Positions 9,572 through 16,388 of a DNA stretch of 39,549 nucleotides are shown here, piece after piece. The position numbers and the translations under genes were made by a program. Origin of the DNA: Polyangiaceae bacterium (GTDB lineage: Bacteria > Myxococcota_A > Polyangia > Polyangiales > Polyangiaceae); assembly GCA_044222475.1 (NCBI GenBank), contig JBGANF010000074.1, positions 1 through 39,549 on the forward strand. The letters are read 5' to 3'. Under the pieces are notes generated by a model. The model did not search any database. It was not told the DNA's origin and saw only the letters and a list, made by a program, of their open reading frames with translations. Position 1 is the first letter of the stretch, and each line of letters begins with the position of its first letter.

Positions 9572-9921
9572 CAGGCGTCGGGCTCTTTCGCCGGCTCGCT
9601 CTTGGGCTCTTCCTTCTTCGCTTCAGCGGGCTTCGGCGGTGTGCGCTTGCTCTTGGGGGGAGCTTCCTCTTTCGGCTTCGGCTTGCGCTTGGGGAGCTTC
9701 ACGACGCCGAAGCGAAAGAGGACCCACGCGACGACGATCACGCCAAGGAGGCTGGCGGCGACCCAGAAGAACGTGGACGGCGCCTCCCAGAGGCCTTTCC
9801 GCATGCCGTCGGGGCGGATGACGATCTCGCGCGGACCTTCGAAGGCGGGGCCGCTGGACGACAGCGCCGAAGGCGCCGGCAAGTCCGACGTGGCACTGGA
9901 CGCGGGAACGCCTTGAAGCAC
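9571..9921 (-). CDS. Small single-pass membrane protein with Lys/Pro/Glu-rich tail
   Basis: One TM (FFWVAASLLGVIVVAWVLF); stop overlaps the next ATG; start uncertain. Confidence 0.65.
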   Translation of the reverse strand: MLQGVPASSATSDLPAPSALSSSGPAFEGPREIVIRPDGMRKGLWEAPSTFFWVAASLLGVIVVAWVLFRFGVVKLPKRKPKPKEEAPPKSKRTPPKPAEAKKEEPKSEPAKEPDA

Positions 9922-9994
9922 CCCGCGCCGATAGCACAGACGCTGGCCAACGTCTCCGCTTTCTGCGACAAGAGAACCCCGCTAGAGACAGTCG

Positions 9995-11038
9995 ATGGCC
10001 CAGGAACGCGACGAAGAACACGACGACGACGCCGCGAGCGAAAAGGGCAAGGCCTCCGCCGAGGTCGCCCTGCTCGAGAAGGCGAAGAACGCGCGGAGCG
10101 CGCTCGCCGCCGCGGTCGCGACCCGCGTGGTCGGCCAGGAGGACGTCATCGACCTGATGCTGGTCTCGCTCCTGGCGCGCGGTCACGCGCTGCTCGTGGG
10201 CGTGCCCGGGCTCGCGAAGACGCTGCTCGTGTCGACCCTGGCCGAGGCGCTCGACCTCGAGTTCGGCCGCGTACAGTTCACGCCCGATCTGTTGCCGGCG
10301 GACATCACCGGGACCGACGTGCTCCACGAAGAGGAAGACGAGTCGGGTCGTGCCCGCCGTCGCGTGCGCTTCCAGCCGGGCCCGATCTTCCACAACCTGA
10401 TCCTGGCCGACGAGATCAACCGAACGCCGCCGAAGACGCAGGCCGCGCTGCTGCAAGCGATGCAGGAGCGCAAGGTCACCGCGTTCGGGTCGACGCACGA
10501 TCTGCCGGATCCGTTTCTGGTGTTCGCGACGCGCAACCCGATCGAGCAGGAGGGAACGTATCCCCTGCCCGAGGCGCAGCTCGATCGGTTCCTGCTCGAG
10601 ATCCACGTGGACTACCCGAACGAGTCCGAGGAGCGCGAGATCGCGCGCCGCACGACGAGCGGAGAGACGTCGGACGTCCCGAAGGTGCTCTCCGGCGACG
10701 ACGTGCGAGCGCTACAGAAGCTCGTGCCGAGGATGCCGGTGACGGACGAGGCGATCGCGCTCGCGGTCGCGCTGACGCGGGCGACGCGCGCCGGAGGCGG
10801 CGACGGCGTCGAGAAGTACATCCGCTTCGGGGCGGGCCCGCGTGGCTCGCAGGCGCTGGTGCTCGCGGCGAAAGCGCGAGCGGCGCTTCGTGGTGAGGGA
10901 GCGGCCGACGTGGAAGACGTCGAGGCGCTGTACGTGCCGGTGCTGAGGCATCGCCTCGTGTTGAGCTATCGCGCGGAAAGCGATGGGGTGCACGAAGAAG
11001 ACGTGCTGAGCGGGCTGAGGGAGAAGACGAAGGGGTGA
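9995..11038 (+). CDS. moxR: MoxR-family AAA+ ATPase
   Basis: Walker [24 protein letters not shown], Walker B LADEINR and [19 protein letters not shown]. Confidence 0.95.
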   Translation: MAQERDEEHDDDAASEKGKASAEVALLEKAKNARSALAAAVATRVVGQEDVIDLMLVSLLARGHALLVGVPGLAKTLLVSTLAEALDLEFGRVQFTPDLLPADITGTDVLHEEEDESGRARRRVRFQPGPIFHNLILADEINRTPPKTQAALLQAMQERKVTAFGSTHDLPDPFLVFATRNPIEQEGTYPLPEAQLDRFLLEIHVDYPNESEEREIARRTTSGETSDVPKVLSGDDVRALQKLVPRMPVTDEAIALAVALTRATRAGGGDGVEKYIRFGAGPRGSQALVLAAKARAALRGEGAADVEDVEALYVPVLRHRLVLSYRAESDGVHEEDVLSGLREKTKG

Positions 11039-11214
11039 TGCCCCTCACCTGGCGTGCTCGGCGGCATGCTCGCCTTTTCTGGCGCTAACACGGTCGTCGA
11101 TACCAACTTGGGATTTTTGGTTGCGCCAGAAAAGGCTGCGCGTGCCCGCCTGCGCGCGCCAGACTCTCCCCAAGCTTGGCGCTACGCGCCAAGCGGGGAG
11201 AGTGGTTCCACCGC
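11037..11214 (+). repeat. Structured REP/CIR/RIME-like element, copy A
   Basis: GATGCCCCTCACC, then a 112-nt imperfect hairpin (11050-11161), then a 53-nt block GACTCTCCCC...GGGGAGAGTGGTTCCACCGC that is 50/53 identical to the inverted copy at 13303-13355. Confidence 0.9.
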
Positions 11215-11223
11215 GTCCACCGT

Positions 11224-12069
11224 TCATGTGCGACGAATACCCGCCACCGCGAGCTCACCGTCCCCCAGAACCAACACGACATCGTTCCCGAACGCCGCAC
11301 CGTGAACGACTGACCGGTCGGCGCGCTCCGGATACGCCACGCTCTCGACGCCGGCAGCGGCCACTCGGTGGACGCCGCCTTGGCCGAACAGAAAGACATC
11401 GTCCCCGATCGTCGCCGCAAACTGCGGCAGCGCACCCACCGACATCGATGTCATGAGGGCGCCCGAAGGAAGCTCCTGCACGTCGACGCCTTCGCCGACC
11501 GACAGAAGCGAGCGCTCTCCGGCACCGATGACGTGCCCGTTGCATGGGATCTCGGCAAGTGTGGGCGCGCGGGCGGATGCGATCCACGCCGCCTTGCGGT
11601 CCATCGGCGCAGAGACGACGACGCCGTCGCGGCACGGCCAGAACGCGAAAGACCCGCCGGACCATCCGTCGCCTAGCGGGATTCGAGCAAGGTGAATCTG
11701 CTGCTCGATGTCGAAGGCGCAGACCATGGGCCCTGCGCCCGCGAACCAGAGCGTCGCCGCCTCGATGGCGAACACATCACTCGGATCTGCCCACAGGGTG
11801 CTGACCAGCGTCCACTCGCTACCTGACCGGTCGATCTCGCAGACGCGGTCGGCCATCGCAACGAAAAGACGACCGCACGACCTGCGGACGCAGGTGATCG
11901 CGTCGGAGCACAGAATGGTCTCGATCTCCGTCAGCTGACGGTCGTAGACGGTGACCGAGCGCCCGGACGCGACGACGAGGGCGTCGCCATCGACGGTCAC
12001 CAGCTGGTGCGGCCGCTCGGTCGTCGCTCGAGGGAGGCGCAACGACTTCTGGACGACGAGCCGTATCAA
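11224..12069 (-). CDS. Hypothetical protein, beta-strand-rich (possible beta-propeller)
   Basis: 281-aa ORF with a TTG start that fills the gap between Rpn and repeat A. Recurrent short hydrophobic strands; no recognisable motif. Confidence 0.6.
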   Translation of the reverse strand: MIRLVVQKSLRLPRATTERPHQLVTVDGDALVVASGRSVTVYDRQLTEIETILCSDAITCVRRSCGRLFVAMADRVCEIDRSGSEWTLVSTLWADPSDVFAIEAATLWFAGAGPMVCAFDIEQQIHLARIPLGDGWSGGSFAFWPCRDGVVVSAPMDRKAAWIASARAPTLAEIPCNGHVIGAGERSLLSVGEGVDVQELPSGALMTSMSVGALPQFAATIGDDVFLFGQGGVHRVAAAGVESVAYPERADRSVVHGAAFGNDVVLVLGDGELAVAGIRRT

Positions 12070-12117
12070 GGCAGCGACCCCATCCCCCGAAGACGACGGC
12101 GGAGGGGCATCCCAGCC

Positions 12118-12339
12118 CTAGAACCCGAGCTCCTCGACCGACTGCGCGGTGAGCACGAGATCACCCCACCGATCGAGCTCGTCCAGGGACGCCGCGCGCA
12201 GGCGCGCTTCCGCGGTCGGCGAGAGTGGACCGAAGCGCCGGGCGATCTGACGAAGGAGGAGATCCGCTTTTCCCTCCGCCTTTCCCTCCGCTTTTCCCTC
12301 GGCCTTTCCTTCTTTTCGTAGAGTCTCTGCACCGGTCAT
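12118..12339 (-). CDS. Nested in-frame small protein (Rpn C-terminal RpnS-type antitoxin candidate), 73 aa
   Basis: Internal GGAGG-8nt-ATG (GCGGAGGAAGCGCTCATG) before MTGAETLRKEGKAEG, at the position where Rpn genes carry internal starts. Confidence 0.7.
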   Translation of the reverse strand: MTGAETLRKEGKAEGKAEGKAEGKADLLLRQIARRFGPLSPTAEARLRAASLDELDRWGDLVLTAQSVEELGF

Positions 12340-13086
12340 GAGCGCTTCCTCCGCTTTGGGACCCAGCTGACGGGTCAGCTCGAGAAAGTCCTTCGGCATC
12401 GTCTTCGTGACTTCCATAGCGTAGCTGAACATCGCGATCAGGGCAGCCACCCCGTGCGGCGCGTGGGCGACGCGCTCCAGATGCGAGAGCCATCGACCGA
12501 GCTCGCCGACGACATCGGACGACCGCCGCGCGATCTTCAGGAGCAGCATCATCAGCATCGCGGAATCGCTCAGCGGACGTCGTCGGAGGGTCTCCTCCGA
12601 GACGACGGTCAGATCGTCGATGAGAAGCTCGAACTGGGGAAGATGGGGCGTCAGCGCCGCAAGCGTCTCCGGCGTGGCATCGAGCATTTCGAAGAAGTGG
12701 CGCGCCGCGGTCCAGCCGCGCTCACCGTGGGAGATCACCATGGGCACCACCGGTGGCACCACGCTCGCGCCTGGGTTCGACTTCACGTGAGCTTCGAGGA
12801 TGCGGACCACGTAGCCTAGCATGCGCAGCGGCATCAGCGGGTCGGGCTCGCTCTGGTGTTCCATGAGCAGATAGAGAAACGTCGCGCGGCCCTCGAGCTC
12901 GACGACGAAGAGCGCATCGGCGTGGCGGAGCCCGAGCTCCGCGCCGACGAACGTCCCAGGGACCGAGCGCAGCGTGTTCCAGTCGATGCCTCGGACGGAC
13001 GACGGCAGGAGCGACGCGAGAACGCCGCGAGCGTCGTCGGGGTGGGACGCGAGAAACCGAAACAGTCGGTCGTGTGGCGTCTGCAT
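12118..13086 (-). CDS. Rpn/YhgA-like recombination-promoting nuclease (Transposase_31, PD-(D/E)XK) with DUF4351-like C-terminus
   Basis: PHDRLFR, ADALF, LLMEHQSEPDPLMPLRMLGY, VVPMVISHG, EGKA repeats and RRFGPLS...LDELDRW. Start at ATG 13086. Confidence 0.92.
   Translation of the reverse strand: MQTPHDRLFRFLASHPDDARGVLASLLPSSVRGIDWNTLRSVPGTFVGAELGLRHADALFVVELEGRATFLYLLMEHQSEPDPLMPLRMLGYVVRILEAHVKSNPGASVVPPVVPMVISHGERGWTAARHFFEMLDATPETLAALTPHLPQFELLIDDLTVVSEETLRRRPLSDSAMLMMLLLKIARRSSDVVGELGRWLSHLERVAHAPHGVAALIAMFSYAMEVTKTMPKDFLELTRQLGPKAEEALMTGAETLRKEGKAEGKAEGKAEGKADLLLRQIARRFGPLSPTAEARLRAASLDELDRWGDLVLTAQSVEELGF
12265..12312 (-). repeat. Four near-identical 12-nt tandem units encoding EGKA
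   Basis: The plus strand reads cgcttttccctc cgcctttccctc cgcttttccctc ggcctttccttc. Confidence 0.9.
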
Positions 13087-13239
13087 CGGGCCCCCATCGG
13101 TCCCGATCGGCGAGCTGTTGCGTGTCATCGCGTGGCCGCGAGCTGACGGAGCACCGCAGCGAGGTCCCGCTCGACGAGCGCCGCGTCGAAGCGGAATGCA
13201 GCGACGACCGAACTGGGTTTGCACCGAGCGTCGCGACCA

Positions 13240-13258
13240 AAGGTTGACAAGGTTGACA
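13240..13258. promoter_or_regulatory. Tandem 9-bp direct repeat (AAGGTTGAC x2), possible operator upstream of rpn
   Basis: aaggttgacaaggttgaca in the non-coding gap; contains TTGACA twice. Confidence 0.4.
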
Positions 13259-13302
13259 CCGTCCCCGCGGATCGCGAGCGATCCGGTTCAGGCCTCGGCA
13301 CA

Positions 13303-13385
13303 GCGGTGGAACCACTCTCCCCGCGTGGCGCGCAGCGCCACGCTTGGGGAGAGTCGCGGCGCGCAGCGCCGCGGTGAGGGGCATC
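13303..13385 (-). repeat. Structured REP/CIR/RIME-like element, copy B (inverted relative to A)
   Basis: Minus strand reads GATGCCCCTCACC-GCGGCGCTGCGCGCCGC-GACTCTCCCCAAGCGTGGCGCTGCGCGCCACGCGGGGAGAGTGGTTCCACCGC, starting 10 nt after the rluD stop. Confidence 0.9.
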
Positions 13386-13395
13386 TCCCCCCGGG

Positions 13396-14361
13396 TCACC
13401 GCCGAAGCGCTTCGACCACCGCCGCGAAATCGTCCGGCCACTCCGCCTCGAAGCGAACCCGCCTCCCCGTCCTCGGATGCACGAACCCGAGCACCCGCGC
13501 GTGCAGCGCCTGATGTCCCAACTTGGTACCAAGCGCCCGCAACGTCGCATCCCGCGGCGCGCTCCCGTACACCGGGTCACCCAACACCGGCGTCCCGCTT
13601 TCGGCCAGGTGCACGCGAATCTGATGCGTCCGCCCCGTCTCCAGGGTGCACCGCACCAAGGTCGCGCTCGCGAACCGCTCGAGGACCTCGACCCGAGTCA
13701 CCGCGTGCTTGCCCCGCGTCACCTTCGACGTGAACCGCTTCCGATCCGTCGGGTGACGACCGTGCAGCGTCCGAAACGTCCCGTCCTTCGCCGCGCCGAC
13801 CACGATCGCGTCGTACGCGCGCTCGATGTCGTGCGCCGCGAAGAGCGCCTTCAGCTTCTCTCGCGCCGCCACCGTCCGTGCGACGACCATCACGCCGCTC
13901 GTCCCCTTGTCGAGCCGGTGGACGATCCCGGGACGAAAGTTCCCCTCTTCATCGGTGGTGGCATCGAAGCGAAAGAAGCCCTTCGCCAAGAGCCCGTGCA
14001 CGAGCGTTCCGGTCTCGTTTCCGGCCGCCGGGTGCACCACGAGCCCAGCGGGCTTCACCAGCACCACGAGATCGTCGTCCTCGTGGAGGACCTCGAACCG
14101 CACGCTCGCGTCCGGCGTCAAATCCGTCCGCGGCCTCGACAACGGCGTGACCTCGACGCGTGATCCTTCGCGCACGACGTCCTTCGCGCGGCGCGCCACG
14201 CCGTCGACCAGGACGTTGCCGGCATCGATCCAGCGCGCGATCTCCGCGCGCGACGGCGCCTCGTCGACGTTCGCGAGCGCGCGAACGAGGAAGCGATCGA
14301 GCCGCTGGCCCGCATCCTCTCGCGTGACGCCGAGCGCTTTTGGGCGCGTCCTGACTACCAG
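13396..14361 (-). CDS. rluD: RluA/RluD-family 23S rRNA pseudouridine synthase
   Basis: S4 domain (GQRLDRFL), KPAGLVVHP, GIVHRLDKGTSG, LETGRTHQIRVH and QALHA. Start uncertain (CTG at 14361 proposed). Confidence 0.92.
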   Translation of the reverse strand: MVVRTRPKALGVTREDAGQRLDRFLVRALANVDEAPSRAEIARWIDAGNVLVDGVARRAKDVVREGSRVEVTPLSRPRTDLTPDASVRFEVLHEDDDLVVLVKPAGLVVHPAAGNETGTLVHGLLAKGFFRFDATTDEEGNFRPGIVHRLDKGTSGVMVVARTVAAREKLKALFAAHDIERAYDAIVVGAAKDGTFRTLHGRHPTDRKRFTSKVTRGKHAVTRVEVLERFASATLVRCTLETGRTHQIRVHLAESGTPVLGDPVYGSAPRDATLRALGTKLGHQALHARVLGFVHPRTGRRVRFEAEWPDDFAAVVEALRR

Positions 14362-14618
14362 AGCTTCGACTTGATGTGGCCCTTCGCCTTGATCAGGATG
14401 TCCACCAGGGCGCGGTCGTAGAAGTTGCGGGGGTAGAGATCCGGCGACACGCGGCGCTTGAAGAGCGCGCGACCCTCTTCGATCTCTTCGGCGAGCGACT
14501 CGAACAGGTTGTCGTTGGTGATGCCTTGAACGATCTTGTCCTCGTTGTAGAGGGAGAGATCGCTCGCGATGGCGCGGGCGAGGCGGCGCGCGGCTTCCTC
14601 GGTCTCGATCAGGGGCAT
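14355..14618 (-). CDS. Small conserved hypothetical protein
   Basis: 87 aa with strong host codon bias. ARRLARAIASDLSLYN resembles a small domain I recall from deltaproteobacterial proteins. Confidence 0.85.
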   Translation of the reverse strand: MPLIETEEAARRLARAIASDLSLYNEDKIVQGITNDNLFESLAEEIEEGRALFKRRVSPDLYPRNFYDRALVDILIKAKGHIKSKLW

Positions 14619-14706
14619 GGATCAAGTATCGCGGGAAGCGTGCACTCTCGTCAAATCTCCGGGAATCGCCTTGCAAACCGCCGGTTTGCAGCGAAGAATC
14701 CGCCGC

Positions 14707-15318
14707 ATGGCTCGGCCCCTGCCCGTCACCGCCGCGTTGGCGCTCGCGCTCGCGGCCGCCCTCGCCTGCGGCACGTCGGCAAACACCACCGACGCCGGCC
14801 CGTGCCAAGGCAGCGCGTGCCTCCCCGACGCCGCCGCCGACGCCTACATCAAGCCCCTCCCCGACGCGGGCGAGTTCCTCGCCTTCGGCACCGACTTCGA
14901 CGGCTTCTGCAACTGGAACCGCTTCCGCATCAGCGACAACGCCGAGGCCGTCGGCCTTCACCTCGCCGGGCCTCGCACCGTCTTCATCAACCACCTCCCG
15001 CCCCCGAACTCGACGTCGTTCCCGATCGGCACGATCATCGTGAAGACGGTCGAGGTCGGCCCAATCGATCAGTGGCAGGCGTTCGCGATGGTGAAGCGCG
15101 GCGGAAGCTACAACCTCCTCGGCGCGCTCGACTGGGAGTGGTTCGGCATCCAAGTCTTCGCCGACTGCACGACGAAGATCGAGTGGCGCGGCATCGGCCC
15201 GCCCGAGGACGCAGGGTACGGCGGTGCGGCGAACTCCAGCTGCAACTTCTGTCACCGCACCGCGGTCGGCAACGACTTCGTCCAGACGCCGGCGCTCTTC
15301 CTCGGCAACTTCAAGTAG
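14707..15318 (+). CDS. Cytochrome P460/c'-beta-like monoheme lipoprotein
   Basis: Lipobox AALA-C; RTVFIN, FPIGTIIVK, AMVKR and DWEWF; C-terminal CNFCH heme motif followed by NDFV. Confidence 0.72.
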   Translation: MARPLPVTAALALALAAALACGTSANTTDAGPCQGSACLPDAAADAYIKPLPDAGEFLAFGTDFDGFCNWNRFRISDNAEAVGLHLAGPRTVFINHLPPPNSTSFPIGTIIVKTVEVGPIDQWQAFAMVKRGGSYNLLGALDWEWFGIQVFADCTTKIEWRGIGPPEDAGYGGAANSSCNFCHRTAVGNDFVQTPALFLGNFK

Positions 15319-15321
15319 CGC

Positions 15322-16299
15322 TCACACGCGGAAGCCGAGCGCGCCCGGCAGGACTCGCGCCTCCATCGGGAGCATGCCCGCTTGCGCGCCGTCCGCCTCG
15401 CAGAGCACCTTCGCCCAAGGGCGCAGCGGCTCGATGACGACGTGCGTCCCCGCGAACGCGAAGACCCGATCCTCGGTGAGGTGCGATCCGCGAAGAAGCT
15501 TCGGCACCAAACGCGCGATGTCGACGAACGGGAGATCGCCGACGATCACCACCTCGAGGCGACCGTCGCTCGGATCGGCGTGGGGCGCGATCATCAGCCC
15601 GCTCGAGAAGTAGCGTCCGTTGGCGACGGCGACCGCGACCGCGGGTCCTTCGAAGACCTCCTTGCCGTCGACGATCGCGCGGACGAGGACCGTCCTCTGG
15701 TCCACGATGGCGCGAGCCGCACCGAGGAGGAGCTTCCCTCGCCCGCCGAGCAGCTTCGTGCCGTAGCGGCGTGCGTCGCTGCCCGCGCTCGCCCACACGT
15801 CGAGCCGCGCGAGCGCCTCGCCGGCGAGGCCGACCGACACCGCCGAGATGAACGGCCTCCGCGCCGGCGCGCTCGAGTCGGGGGAGATGCGCGCGAAGGC
15901 GAGCCCGAGATCGACCGCCCGCCGCGTCCCGTGGTGGATCCGGGCGGCCGCCTCGCCGAGCGTCCCCTGCAGGCCGAGCGTGCGCGCGAAGTCGCCCGAG
16001 CCCCCGAGCGGCAAGAGCGCCAGATCCGGGCCCGCGATCGGACGCCCCTCGGCGTCGACGTACGCCGCGACCACCTCGGCGAGGGTGCCGTCGCCGCCGG
16101 CGACGGCGATCAGGGGCACGCCGTCGGCGATCGCGGCGCGCGCGAGCTCGGTCCCGTGCCCGGGGGAGCGCGTCAGGACGATGTCGTGGCGGATGTCGAA
16201 CGACCGGAGCGCGGCGCCGATGGCGTCGACGCTGCCGAGGGCCGCCCCTCCGGCGGCTGCGGGGTTCAGAATCACGCGAGCGGAGACCGCCTGAGCCAT
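15322..16299 (-). CDS. Diacylglycerol kinase family lipid kinase (YegS/DagK-like)
   Basis: ILNPAA, AGGDGT, LPLGGSGDFAR, NGRYFSSG and ADG motifs. Confidence 0.92.
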   Translation of the reverse strand: MAQAVSARVILNPAAAGGAALGSVDAIGAALRSFDIRHDIVLTRSPGHGTELARAAIADGVPLIAVAGGDGTLAEVVAAYVDAEGRPIAGPDLALLPLGGSGDFARTLGLQGTLGEAAARIHHGTRRAVDLGLAFARISPDSSAPARRPFISAVSVGLAGEALARLDVWASAGSDARRYGTKLLGGRGKLLLGAARAIVDQRTVLVRAIVDGKEVFEGPAVAVAVANGRYFSSGLMIAPHADPSDGRLEVVIVGDLPFVDIARLVPKLLRGSHLTEDRVFAFAGTHVVIEPLRPWAKVLCEADGAQAGMLPMEARVLPGALGFRV

Positions 16300-16388
16300 C
16301 TCGAAAACCGCTACCCCGGACGGGGGCCGATTCGCAAGCGTTGCACGCTGTTTCCGAGAGGCGCGGGGAATGCTAAGCGCTAGAGAGC

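Larger units (their letters stand above)
11037..13385. mobile_element. Putative accessory island bounded by inverted structured repeats (hypothetical gene + Rpn nuclease)
   Basis: Inverted repeats at both ends; lies between the convergent 3' ends of moxR and rluD; the enclosed genes use visibly more A/T-ending codons than the flanks. Mobility is inferred. Confidence 0.55.

Noticed and set aside
11037..13385. Classical IS/transposon with Rpn as the transposase, or a CRISPR array/integron
   Set aside because: No DDE, HUH or recombinase gene; no target-site duplication recognised; only two full repeats; no attC core sites or cas genes. Rpn's 'transposase_31' label is not backed by demonstrated transposition.
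13396..15255. 619-aa extended RluD
   Set aside because: The extension overlaps two better-supported genes (the 87-aa protein and the P460-like gene); only the last ~320 aa are RluD-like.
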